A stretch of 64,000 nt of DNA from Chrysomallon squamiferum. Lineage: Eukaryota > Animalia > Mollusca. Shown in pieces: positions 1-14,004 of this stretch. The notes below the pieces were generated by a model that saw nothing but the letters and a program-made list of their open reading frames with translations, did not search any database and had not been told where the DNA came from. Where the stretch lies: contig CM022674.1 in assembly GCA_012295275.1 (NCBI GenBank), positions 5,456,001 to 5,520,000 on the forward strand. The letters run 5' to 3'. The position numbers and the translations under genes were made by a program. The first letter of the stretch is position 1. Each line of letters starts with the position of its first letter.

Positions 1-4
1 AACT

Positions 5-355
5 GGCATAACACCGGCTTTAAACACGTTTCCTTTCTTGTACTGTATCAGACATTATATCACAAGCTAGTTATACGGTTCATCACCGGCTTAATATCAG
101 AGTCCAGTTTTATTCTAGACCAGACAATTTAATACTTGGAAACTAATTGACGTTTCACCGGTATATTTTAAAAGATGGTATTACAATAGCACAGAAGCTA
201 ATTGGGACTTACACCGGTTTCCATGGTATTCTCTAGGACAAATTACAATCGAAGAAAAACTAACTGATGTTTCGCCTGTTTAATCCAAGACAGTAGTATT
301 AAAAAGAAACAGACATTATAATATCAAGTAACTAATTGGTATTACACCGGTTTCG
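5..355. repeat. Degenerate minisatellite, ~55-75 bp period, core (a)actaattg...(a)caccggttt
   Basis: caccgg core at about 13, 85, 157, 212 and 345, with a decayed copy near 272. It is usually preceded by ctaattg/ctaactg/ctagtt, and agaca(a)tt(a)caat-like words lie between copies. Confidence 0.6.
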
Positions 356-867
356 ATAGCTTCTTCGTCAGCTATAAATGAACATGTCAACGACTCCGGC
401 GAAGAAGACGTTGCGCAAATAAGTAGCTGAGATGGCGGTTATCAGCGACGTACGAAAGAGTTAATTTTATACGACAATCGCTGACAAACCTTTAATTTTG
501 CTCTGGAGACCGCCTATTAATCCGTCTGCCAAAAATGCCTCGAGGTTAATTCTCGTTTCGTCTCGACTAAACCCTTTTCTCAACGGAGATGTCAACGCCA
601 TTTCGAGGGACGCGGATAAAGCTAACTAGGATTTACTTACCAAACCATCTTCGCTGCATATTTATCGCGAGGTTGACGTACACCTGCGGAAACTGCCGGC
701 GTTAATTCTCGTTAATTCCGATCTGTCACGAGTAACGCCGATTAATTACGATTAATGCCGATTGTTTTATAACGACGTTTACCACAACACATTTGTTTCA
801 GTTAATTATATTTGAATGGATTTGTAGAATTTACAATGTGTATATGTTAATCTAAAGTACTTGTAAA

Positions 868-1023
<156 letters not shown>

Positions 1024-4000
1024 TTCAACTTATTTTTCTTTTGATGTACACCAACATTTATCTATGAATTTATTTTTCTGTATTCTTTATTAATTTATTC
1101 ATTTTCCTATGCTTTGTTTTTCTTCTTCTTCTTCTGTTACATCTATAGCAACAACCAGTTCTTCTTTGTTTTTACTATTGTTGTAATCATCAACGTCACT
1201 ATCATTCTGTTTTCCCCATCTGGCGTATGCGAGAGACAATACGTTCATCTTAATAATTATTACTACTACCACTGCAACCACTACCACTACCACCACTACA
1301 GTTACTACTACCTCTATTACCACTATCGTTACATTACCATCTCTACCGTCACTACTACTACCACTACCGTTACCACGACAACTACTAGAGGTATATTACT
1401 ACTACTGTTTGTTGTTTTTCGTCGTCGTTGTCGTCGTTGTCGCTGCTGTCACTATCCTCGCTATCCAGCTAATCAACGACAACACAGATGATGTTGCTCT
1501 TCGCGTCCGATCATCTTCCGATTGAAAACAGTCGCTAACGCGCTCTGACAGCCGGAGCAGCAGCCGAAATTAAAACAGATTACGACGACAACGCTCCCGT
1601 CGTCCGTCTCCTGCGAGGTGTTGAATTAACACACGGCGGCCACTGCGGAGGGCTGAAGACACCAGTTTCGTTGTAATGAATGGGTTTTTGGACTCGTAAT
1701 GGAAAGAGGCTTTAGCTCGCTGGTTGAATATCCCGCGCCGGGAGTTTCGAATGAAACGGAGAAATTTAAGTTTTTTTTGTGACACGAGCATTTTTAAGCT
1801 GGCTGGCTTCTGATAAGGATCAAGAGCGAAATTGTTGAGATGGATGGTAGTGGGGTCGAATCCTGCTTGGTGATTCGTAGATAATTTTTTGGCTGAGATA
1901 TTTTTTATGTAATTATTTTTATTTTTTTTTTTTTTTTTTTATTGCTTTCTTTTTTTATTGATTTGTTTTTCTTTTTCTGAGATTTCTTTTTTCTCTCATT
2001 CTCTCTTTCTATTTTCTATCTGTCTGTCTGTCGATCTGTCTTGCGATCTGCCTGTTTTTTCTCTCTAACGCTCTCTGTAGATATCTGACTCTATATCTAG
2101 CTATCTGTTTATTTACCAGTGTATATCTGTTTCTATCTCGCTATCTATCTGTCCGTCTATCTATTTGTCGTTATTTCCTTTCTCTGTGTAATACTATTTA
2201 TTCGTCCATCCATTTATATTTATCTATCTGTCCGTCTATCTAATTGTCGTTATTTCCTTTCTCTGTGTCTATCTATCGACCATCCATTTGTCTGTCTCTG
2301 TCTGTCTGCATATTTATCTATGCAGCTTTCTATCTATCTATATGTTTGAATGTCTGTCTGCATATTTTTCTATCTATCTATCTACATATGTTTGAATACC
2401 TGTCTCTATATCTATCTATCTATCTATCTATCTACCTATCTATCTCTCTCTCTAACATTGAATGATTCTCTACATAAGCACATCTAACAAACTGCAGTTT
2501 TCAAGCCTATCAAACATCATCACACTATTTTCCCCCAAAACGAAGTATCACTCTTCTGGCAAGGTGGAATTTCGATACTGCATCTACGACGTCATCGGCA
2601 AACACGTCGACGCAGTCGTCTCGACCTCCACTGAACCAAGATTTAGAGTAATTAATTGCTTCCACAGCCCCTCAGTCGCAAATGTTTTATTTGTCCAGGT
2701 CTTCGTCGTCCATTACACTCGGGCTTAAGAAGACTTTTATTTAACTTTACGTTGCAAATATAATTTCATTACTGTGTGACTGAAGATAAATTGATCAACT
2801 TCCAGTTGTATTAAATCTTAATTTTTTCTTCTTCTTCTTCTTCGTCTTCTTTTTTTTCTTCTTCTTCACTCAATGACTCTCTCTCTCTCTCTTTCTTTTT
2901 TTTTTTTTTTTGTATTTCTTTACACATTACATTTTTAGAAATTGTTATTAGAGCCTCGTGTTCAAAACACAGAGAGAGTGTCAGACGATCTAAACATTCG
3001 ACAATCTTTTTCGTGCAATCGTGAAGATATATTTTAAATTAATTATATCGCCATTCTGAGGCTGCTTTTGCGTATTTTGCCAAAAGCATCGTGTAATAAT
3101 CACATTAAAGATTTCTCTTTTTTTAATTTAATCAGCTTTTCTTTTTCTTTTTCTTTTTCTTTTTTTTTTTACCTCTTCTTATTCTTTTTCCCACGATGTG
3201 TAAATACGTATTTTGCCGAAAACGCACGATTCTGTTGGTAATTCTGTCCTTTTCTTTTGAGCATTTAGGATGGGTTTTTTTTTTTCGTTGTCAGTGTTTA
3301 CATTACCAAAGTAATATTAAACATCATGTCTAGACGCCTTAACTGAATATTCATTTTTTTTCATGTAAAGATTAAAATTCTTTATTATACACTTTTTCCT
3401 TCTTCCTTTTCTTCTTCTTCTTTTTCTTTTATCTTATTTATTATTTATTACACAATTTTTCACTATAATGTAAATGATATTATAAGCTGGAAAAATAGGT
3501 GTGCGAATCGTTAGTGTAAAACTCTTCAGTTAAAATAAATTCGTGAGGCTATGAACATAAAAAACATTTTTCTACCACATAATTAGGTAACATATATATA
3601 TGTGTGTGTATAGAAGTAATTGAAGTAGTAGTAGCAGCAGCAGCAGCAGCAGTAGTAGCAGAGGTAGTAGTTGTTACATATCTAAGAAATAATTGCAAAA
3701 CCTTTATGTAATCAATCTAAACACTATTCAATAAATTCACATATATATATATATATATAATGTAGCCTGTATCTATGTATATGTGTCTGTGTGTGTGTGC
3801 GTGCGTCCTACAACTCAACAACGTAATCCGAAAAACGACGAGTCCATTTTTATCGCTACGACCGGAAAACGTAACTCAATTTGAAACTGTTTCGAAAACT
3901 TATTCACGTTCCAGTAATCAAACTAGGGGTCGCTGTGGACAGCGGTTTGGAAACATTTGTCTTCGCGTGAACCTCCAGAGACAATCTGTTCGCATCGAGT

Positions 4001-4096
4001 TATAATTATTAACAGAGCAGCGTGTGAAGTTTTCAAACATCCATCTCACTCAGAGCTGGCCTGGAATTCTCAATGTTCTGTGATGGATGTGTTTGG

Positions 4097-4137
4097 TCTC
4101 TCTCTGTCTCTGTGGCTGGCTGGCTGTCTGTCTGTCC

Positions 4138-4203
<66 letters not shown>

Positions 4204-4424
4204 CTGTCTGTCTCTCTCTTTCTCTCTCTCTCACTCTCACTGTCTCTCTGTCTCTGAATCTCTCTCTGGCTGTCTGTCTCTCTCTTTTATTTCACTCTCA
4301 CTTTCTCTGTCTCTCTCTCTCTCTGGCTCTCTCTCTCTCTTTTTTATGTCTCTCATTCATCTCTTGTCCCTCTGGTAATATCTGTCTCTTTCTCTCTCTC
4401 TCTCTCTCTTTCTCTCTCTGTCTA

Positions 4425-4469
<45 letters not shown>

Positions 4470-4470
4470 G
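4097..4470. repeat. Interrupted (CT)n polypyrimidine tract
   Basis: Seen directly; source of the poly-(SL) ORFs. Confidence 0.93.
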
Positions 4471-4605
4471 TCTCGCACTCGCTGTTATTTATTTCTGATT
4501 TTTTAGACTCTCATTCACTAACTCTCTCTATATATAATATATATCGCTGTCTCCCCCTCCCTCCTCTGTCTGTCATAAGACATACACTAACAAGGAAACA
4601 AGCAT

Positions 4606-4636
<31 letters not shown>

Positions 4637-5946
4637 TACACATGCACAAACACAAAAAAACAAACACACAAATCAAAGAACCAATATAGCTTCAAGAGTC
4701 TGCCTGATTTAATAAACTATATATGGAGGATGTTTTGAAGCCTGCTCCATTTCTGAATTCAGGATATTAAAATAGACGATTGCTTCCGAGAACTGTTTTA
4801 GATTTTTCAGATAAAGCAAAAATAAACCCTGGACTGCAGAGAACTGTCTACGAGAGAGACGGATCTATTCTAATAATAATAATACTTTTTTTGAATCTAA
4901 TCTATACGTTTATATATAGAGAGAGATAGACAAATACATAGCTATATATATATCGATGCGTGTGTGGTATATACATACACTCACACACATACGTAAACAC
5001 ACATACACATATTTATGTACTCAGAAGAAACAAAAACATATTTTTAAGCATTAGACTTCATTTTTATAATTCACGTGATGTCTTTGTAATTTGTAAAAAT
5101 ATATTTTGTGCTGTCGTTAAGCAACTTGTTAAAAAAGTAACTTCAGTTTTTCTACATTATTCACGTTTCAAAATTTTTCACTTTTAATAATAGCTAACAA
5201 ACGTTATACCATTCCAAACAGAGCTCCTGTTTTGGGTTATCGAAGACTTTGAAAAATCCACTGCAAAATAATAGTTCTCTGCTTTGATAAAGGAGGCGTT
5301 TAGAAAAGAACGATAGGCGTTTTTTTTATTTCTGTTATTATCAGTATACGAACAATAACAACATATGTTTAACATCCGATAACTGCCAATATTAACACTG
5401 AGGTTTTTGTTCAATATCCATGCACCGATGCATTAAACGATCCATTAGCTTTAGAAATGGGAAGAGGCAATAATGGAACAGATGGTCATAGGAAGTGAAA
5501 TTTGTGGGGTTTTTTCAATGATTATTTGCTTTCACGACTTATCGAGTGAAATTAATTAATTAATTAATTCAATAAATACAGGTAAACCTTCGTTTAACGG
5601 ACCTCGACAACCCAAACGGAGTTTGGATTTAGCGGACAAAGGTTTGGTTAGAAAGGTGGTTGCTATTTGTAATTCGCTGATTGTTCCGTGTCTTGCGGTG
5701 AGTGAGTGAGAGTGGTGTGCGTAGGTGAGTCACGCCCACGCACTAATCAGTGTGTTAACTGACACCATCTTGTGTCTGTGTGATCGTTTACTCACTGCAA
5801 GTGTCAACTTCGTAATCAGATATGTCTTTACCATAACAGTTTTATTAAGATATCGACATTTCAAAAATACATGCACGATAAACTGGATTGTTACAGTTTT
5901 CATTTATAAGTAACCCAGTTTACTTACATGCTTAAAACAACAACAA

Positions 5947-6001
<55 letters not shown>

Positions 6002-6545
6002 AAATCCCAGAAAAAAAAAACGAAAAGAAAAGGAACGTAAAAAAAACATTCTAATTCTTTTGTACAATGAATATGGTAATCCCTCGTTTCCCTTCTCTTT
6101 TGACATATCTATGTTTCCTTTTAACGCATAACGTATGAAAACTGGGATAAGAGGTAAACAGGTATTTAACCCTTAATGAACACACCTTCGCTCATGTTAC
6201 TTCGTTAAATCGATGATCTACTGTAACGCTGCTGTTTTTGTTTTGTTGATGTTTTTGCAACCGTTCGCAAAATACGTTTTAATATTACCGCTAATTAGGT
6301 GTGAAAAAAAAAATAATAATTATTATTTGCAGAGAGACAGCTGATAAAACATCAGTTGTGTTTATCGTTTACAAAAGTTTTAATATTCTGTTTTAATATT
6401 CTATTTTTTGTTGGTATAACTGATATTTATTAGAAGGGAAACCAGCTGGTGTAACTGCACGTGATCTTTTCATCGATTAGCACTGAAGAATGTTTGTATT
6501 CGCTGTACCGTGCACAGGAAAGATTTGTAACGACCTTTAACAAAA

Positions 6546-6610
6546 CACTCGTGAGCACTGGGTGGAACGGGAAAAAACCCACATTGGGATTAATTGGCGG
6601 AAGATCTATA
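6546..6610 (-). mobile_element. Decayed SINE-like fragment
   Basis: Reverse complement reads gatcttccgcc...cccaatgtgggttttttcccgttccacccagtgctcacgagtg, sharing the ttcccgttcca.ccagtgc core with copies at 17432, 25021 and 37418. Confidence 0.6.
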
Positions 6611-7013
6611 AGGTCAGCGCGGAAGATTATCTGTGTCATTGGGTCCGCTGTTGTTGCACATTTTCCTTTTTAAATTTGTCCAGAATGATGGGCTAGAGTT
6701 TGATGTTCATTTAACGTTTTATTTAATTTGACAGTCGAACTGACAATATTTAGGTAATGCAAATACTATAATGTCGATCAAAAAAAGAGAATATCTTGTC
6801 AGTTACCTTACGAAGTATTGTCAGTCATTCTAAAAACATTTTGAATCATTTTGCTGTAACCTAAACATTACAGTATTATAAACTCATAATATTACAATGG
6901 TTATTTCGAGTTTGGCAGAAAACATTAAATAAACGAGTACTTCAACCGACAAATAGCTAGTTTTAAATGATTTTTACACATTCTTCCTAAGAAATACTGA
7001 AGAAATGTTTATG

Positions 7014-7046
<33 letters not shown>

Positions 7047-7344
7047 TCTTCGGCTAATCGGAATATGACGACAATTGCCGGAAGCCAAATATCCAGCAAC
7101 GAAAAGCGGGCAACGGAGATTGGCGGTTTCTACCGAAACGCAATTGCTTCGCCAACTGTTGATGACGCTGGAGAGGCCCACCTGGGGCTGTATCCGTCAG
7201 TGGATCTACGAAAAGCTTTAATGAGCTAATTGCAGCGGAAAGCTGGCGATGACAATTACAGCCTGCAAGCAAGACCTCTCTCTCTCTCGCGCGCGCGCGC
7301 GACACATTCTAATTACATTAACTTTATCAACGTTCTCTTTTCAG

Positions 7345-7428
7345 GTAGAGCAGACGGTCCTCGCTGCCAAAACGAGGATACCGGAAGTGAGGCGCACGTG
7401 ACCGCCGTGTGAGTCGGTACGTCTGCAG
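7345..7428 (+). other. Candidate short, probably non-coding, exon
   Basis: Upstream ctaat/ttaac branch-like words and gttctcttttcag acceptor (AG at 7343-7344). GC-rich body. Donors GTGAGT at 7409 or CAG|GTACGT at 7429. All three frames of the 84-nt form contain a stop. Confidence 0.3.
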
Positions 7429-7839
7429 GTACGTAGTACTCTTCACTTCGTGAGGTTATTCAGTGTTCAGTATTTGATTTTGTCGTGCACCATACAGAGA
7501 CTTGTTCAGTGTTGAAGATCTGATTTTTGATTTTTGATTTTCATATGTTTATCGTGTTACGTATGAATTAGCACAAACAGCGGACGACAAATATCGCTTT
7601 TGTTGAAGAAATATAAGTATTTAGAACGGCAAACAAGAAGTCTGGTGCGTACATATTGACGTATACCTATTTGCAGGGACTAATATAGAAACACGTACTT
7701 GAATAAGCATAACGACTTGCGTATCTCTTATATGAATATATTTGTCCACATTTTGGAAAGCTGACGTCAGACATACAAGTGAACAAAAGGAGATAGAAAA
7801 TAAATACAGCCTGTAACATTGTGACTTGGGTATACTCAC

Positions 7840-8279
<440 letters not shown>

Positions 8280-9049
8280 AATTGAAGGAGATATGCATAG
8301 ATAACAAGATGAACATATGTTTGTTGAAACCGTATTATACGTAGACAAATTTCCTTCATTCTACTTTAGTTGTGGATCTGCATTCACTGAGATTCTGAAG
8401 ATTCTAGAGGAATACTTGAAGTTCTTCTTCTTCTTCTTCTTCGTCTTCTTCTTCTTCTTCTTCTTCTTCTTCATTTCATCAAATCTTATGTTTTGTTTCT
8501 TTTCTTATCGGTTCTTTCGTTTATTTTATTTCTGTTCCAATGTCATTTCTACCTTATCTTTTTCCTTCTTCATTTTTTTCTGTCTTTCTTGTCCCTTTTC
8601 CTTTCATCTTTCTTCAGACAACGTATTGTCTCACGAAGTTTAGAATTTTTATGTTTTCCTTCCTTTGCCCTTGAATTTCTGTTCCTTCCTTCTTCAGTGT
8701 CTTCTCTTTCATTCCTTCTCTCTTTACTCTTTATTTCTCATTCACCTTTTTTGTCCGTTTCATCAAACTCTTAGTTCTGTCGTCTGCAGTGGATACGTTG
8801 TAGTAATTTCCACAAACTGTGATTAAGTTTTTCTTTCGTTTCCATGTCTCCGTGGTAACGAAAAACAGTCGTCCTCGATGAGAGAATGTCGTTAATTCAA
8901 AACCAATTGTTCCAAGCCTCTAGCCCTGACTAAATTAAACTTTGAGATTGCCAGCCTAAGATACAATTAGTATCGTTATTCGTCCTTTAATTAACTCGAG
9001 ATAATTTTCACCATCTCTCACTCTCTGTCTCAATCTCTCTCTCTTTGAC

Positions 9050-9055
9050 TGTCTC

Positions 9056-9147
<92 letters not shown>
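9050..9147. repeat. (TCTG)n-(CT)n microsatellite
   Basis: Seen directly. Confidence 0.93.
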
Positions 9148-9150
<3 letters not shown>

Positions 9151-9437
9151 ATCTTAGTGTCTGTTGTTTCTTTATATGTCAGACTGTCTGATTCTTTATC
9201 TCTTCATGTCTCTCTGACCGCTTTTTTATTTCTGTTTCTCTCCGGTTTTTTTTTTTGCTTGCTGTACATCTGTATCTACATTTATCTATCTAGCTGTCTA
9301 TCTGTCTATCTTGTTATCTGTCTGTCTGTCTGCCTGCCTGCCTGCCTGTCTGTCTATTCGTCCGTCTTTCTGTCACGATATCCGTCTGTCTGTTTATATA
9401 TGTCGTTCTGTCTTTCTCAACTTTCCTTGAGATTTTT

Positions 9438-9476
<39 letters not shown>

Positions 9477-10714
9477 TTCCCGAAAATATGTAACATTTAT
9501 TCTGTAGTAACCTTTTCATTCATTCATTCATTCATTCTTGCTTTCTTTCATTGACGTGTTCTTTCCTCTATTCTCTTTCGTTCATTCAATCGTTCATTTT
9601 TTCATTCATTTATTCATTCATTCATTCACGCTTTCATTTATGAATTCGTTTCGACATTCATTCATTGTGTTTACTCATTTTCACCGAAAACGTAATCCGT
9701 TGCATAAAAGTGCACTCGCCCTCTTCACTAAGACAAGCGAGATTTCGTTGACTTTGTGCGACCCAGAATTAAGACATTATTTAACCTCACGACTCCTGGA
9801 ATTATGAGAAGCAAAATGCATGTCTCTCCACGGAACAAAAGCGATATAATACCGTGTTTACTTGACGCTGGGTCGAGAAAGTTCGATAAACAAAGCATTG
9901 ATCGTTACATCATGTTTCAGTGCGCACGTTTTCGCGAAGGAAATAAAAACACAGCAGATCGAAAATGTCGAACCACTTTCGTGTTAAGACGACGCGGACT
10001 GTTAAAATATTTCTAAATAATTATTGTCCCAAGCTGATTTTTAACGGTTCTTAAAATAAAGGGAGAAAGTTTTAATTGTAAAAAAAAAAAAAAAAAAAAA
10101 ATAAAAAAATAAAAATTATTGTTTTAATATTGACTGGTTTATCCTTCTGTGTTTATTATTTTCTTTCAAAATAATTTATATTTTTTTTCCTTTTTTTTTT
10201 AAATTTTTATCTTTATTTTATTTTATTTTATTTCATTTTTTATATAAAAGGAGAAAGTTTGAAGTGCAAAAATGTTTGAAGTAAAATCATTATTTGTTTT
10301 AATTTGGTTTTAAAATTACTTTAAACATCGTTTTTATTTTGTCTTAAAACTACTTTAAATATTGTTTTAATTAAAATTAAATATCTGTTATTGTCAAAGT
10401 TAATAACTATTTCCTTTAAAATCCTGGAATAAACCGATTATTTTCTCGATTATCTTCCTCAAAAAAATGTCGCTAGTTAAAGTACCTCTCCGATTAAATT
10501 CCCAAATGCACACATCATGCAGAAAAATGACGTAATCAGAAATAAGCCAAGACGAGGCGCTGTTACAAAAATGTGTAACTGGACAGAAGGATCTGTTTTA
10601 AATCTCGTACAAAAAACAACAACGAAAAAACAAAAACAATATTACATCTAGGAATATGACATTATCTGTATTAATCTAACGAAAGATGATATATTATTAA
10701 AAGCCCCGCCCAGC

Positions 10715-11015
10715 AACGTGATGTCATCATTTCTATCCCGTCGGAGGAATGCATCATCCCTTACATATCTGATAGACTGCATGACGTCATCATTCCTAAT
10801 CCGTAAGAAAAAAAGATCACATCGCAATCACTAAACTGACAGTGTGTGACGTCATCATTTCTAATTCGTCACAGAAATATACTATCACCAGTACTCAGCC
10901 GTCGGGGGTGGGGGGGTGGTTGGGGGGGTGTAGGGATGTTATTGAACATTTCATATGGAAATATGACGTCAATGATGCCATTAAAAAAATGGAAATGTGA
11001 CGTCATCATTATTAA
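10715..11015. promoter_or_regulatory. Cluster of CRE/ATF palindromes within a degenerate repeat (tgacgtcatcatt.ctaat.cgt)
   Basis: TGACGTCA at 10782, 10847, 10964 and 10998; TGATGTCA at 10719. Shared 3' flank tcatt(t/c)cta. Function is inferred only. Confidence 0.4.
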
Positions 11016-11360
11016 TACTTCAGTGACATAGATAGAGTCCAGAATCGCAGGAAATAGCGCGTGGCATCAGATTTATGTAATGCGTCAATGTCGGAAAGCA
11101 AACGAACAACGAACTTCAGAATAACGAAGCGATTTCTAATTTCTCATATCAGTAACATTAAATCCGACTAATGAAAAATTCGTATATAGATAACTCGTTT
11201 TCTTTCTTTTTCCATATATAGTACCAGCTGTAAGCTACGGATCAAGATCTATAAGTTATAGAAGAGAGATTTCGTGTATAAATCGATTTGCAAAGGATGG
11301 CTGTTGTATTTAAAGGGGATATATATATATTTTTTTTTCTTGAAGATATAGACGTTCTAT

Positions 11361-11399
<39 letters not shown>

Positions 11400-12705
11400 T
11401 TTGTTTATTTATTTATTTGTTTGTTTGTTTGTTTGTTTGTTTATTTGATTCTTTCTTTGTTGTCATCTATGTTGTTATTTGTTACTTTTTATCTTTATTT
11501 ATTTATTTATTCATTAATTTACCGACTTAATTAACAAATTTTATTTTATATCTGTAAATAAAAAAGAATATCATAATGACTGAAGTAGCTTTTAAAAATA
11601 TCCCCAGCGATCACCCACCCCAAAATATACTTAGAACCGCCCTTCTTTTTCTGTCTAATTCCCAAACAGTTAACGTCGTTATACTGAGGACTGAAATGCG
11701 TATTAAAGATTTTTACAAATTAATTTTTTTCGTATTATTACGCATAATTAAACCTGTACTGACAGACCCTAGCAACAAACTGAACAAAAAAAACAAAAAA
11801 AACGAAAACAGGTGTCCGATATCTAATTGATAATGAAGCCTTGATAATATATTTTGGAAAAATATCGTGTGTATGTGTATGCGTGTGTGTGCGTGTGTGT
11901 GCGTGTGCGTGTTTGGTGTGTGTGCGTGTGTGGGGGGCATGAGTATGTTTTTGTGTCTGGACATCAGTGTAGATACATCTTGAATATGTGATGGTCTATG
12001 GTTATATTTATGAAAATATTTGTGCGTGTATATAATAAGTACGACTGAAGATAACGGCTATGTATAATGTTATATATGTCTGTGTGGTGCAGATAATTCT
12101 TCCAGCAAGTCTACTGTCGTCGTAAAAACTCTGTCGTCACCGGAGAGGTCTGTCCGAGACGAGCAAAAATGAAAGAAATCGCTGTTGAGGGAGTTAAAAC
12201 TAATAATCGAGTTACATCACGCCTCATCGCTGTTTCGCCGCTGTTAACGATTGTCGCTGAAGTCATTCCGAGAACACAGACCATTTACCGATAAGAGCCG
12301 AAAATGGCTCGTATCTTTCCGACCGGCAGAAACGTTTCGTTTTTTTTTTTTTTGGTCTGTTGGACTCTTCTGTTCAGTTTCTTGTTCCGAGTCGTTTCAA
12401 ATCGTTCTGTGTCTTCTGCTGTACGTGTGTGGGGTTAGTGGTTTGAGGTAAGTCTTCGTTTACTCGTTACTGTTGTTTTTTTTGTTTTTTTTAACTTTCT
12501 TTTCACTGGTTGTAATTATCGGTTTTCTGTTACCTGTTTAGTAGTTATGGATCGAAGCGTTTGTGTTCGATAAAATATGCCTGTGTGAAGACAGCAAGAG
12601 CACGTAGGTTGATACGTATAGATGTTTGTGTGTATTGTATCTATGTGTGTGTGTATGTATGTATGTATGTGTGTTCATATCTACGTATATATATATTTAT
12701 ATATA

Positions 12706-12835
<130 letters not shown>

Positions 12836-13517
12836 TGGGGAAGGAGCGAGAGAGAGAAAGGTGGGGAGGGATGGAGAGAGGGAGGGAGGGAGAGAGAGAG
12901 AGGTAGAGAGAGAGGGGAAAGAGAGAGAGAGATGAGACGAAGAGATAATATTTCTAATAAGAAAAGAAGAAACAAAAATAGAATTAAAAAAAAAAAATGT
13001 ATTCTGCCTCAGCACCAGTTTTATCTCGGCAACAACACGATATTACATCATTACAAATATGCAACAATTTCTGACACTAAAAATCCAAGAACTGGGATTT
13101 GGAATGTACGACTGTATACTTTATTTTCTCTCTCCCGAGTTCCCGATTCATTGCCATTTTACTTCTCCTCATTTACAGTCACAAAAGGTTAGTGTTTTTA
13201 ATGACTTCACCCTAAAGACAGAATTCAATAAGGCCCCCACCCCCACACGCACACTCACCCACCGCTCTCCTGTTTTAATCAGAAACCGTTACCAAACTAG
13301 GGCATATTGATTTAGGAAAAACTGCTTCTGCAAGGCAAGAGTTTTACAGTTACGGCTGTCGTAAAAATAGCAAAGATTCGCGATTTTAAAATTTCGCTTT
13401 CTGTGAGAACGTTTTTAGTGTCCGTCCGGAACAGTGATTAATGACGTCACGATTTACAGCCAATTTCAGTCAGCGTTGCAGAATGAGATGCGAGGGGAGG
13501 GAGGAGGGAGGAGGGGG

Positions 13518-13545
13518 GGAGAGAGAGAGAGAGAGAGAGAGAGAG

Positions 13546-13627
<82 letters not shown>

Positions 13628-13650
13628 AGAGATTGATTGATTGATTGATT
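13518..13650. repeat. (GA)n followed by (GATT)n
   Basis: Seen directly. Confidence 0.95.
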
Positions 13651-13973
13651 AGGTATGACTATTATGAAATGTAATAATTGATGAACGAACGAATGTTAAA
13701 AACAACAATAATAATAATAATAATTAGTAAATAAATAAATAAATAAATAAATAAATTAGAACGAAAAAAGACAATTCAAGAAAAGAAAAAAGAAACGTTA
13801 TACTTTATCCTTAATGTAAAATATCGGCAGCGGGATGCATAACCGCAATCGATAACGGCAGTTTACCTGACAGGAAAAATATTGTGATGGCTTTGTTTGA
13901 ACGAAGCAGCGTTTTTCCCAACAGTGTCAATAACTCGCTCGATTTCATAGGTTAGTTTGTCAGAGGCATTTCA

Positions 13974-14004
<31 letters not shown>

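Noticed and set aside
1838-1880. tRNA gene suggested by gggtcgaatcc
   Set aside because: Only a B-box-like word is present, with no cloverleaf; at most a SINE head remnant.
3661-3680. let-7-like gaggtagtagttgt
   Set aside because: It is part of a decayed (TAG/CAG)n microsatellite.
5577-5670. Possible Tc1/pogo-type MITE remnant (tacaggtaaaccttcgtttaacgg...)
   Set aside because: No convincing matching inverted terminus; too degenerate to support.
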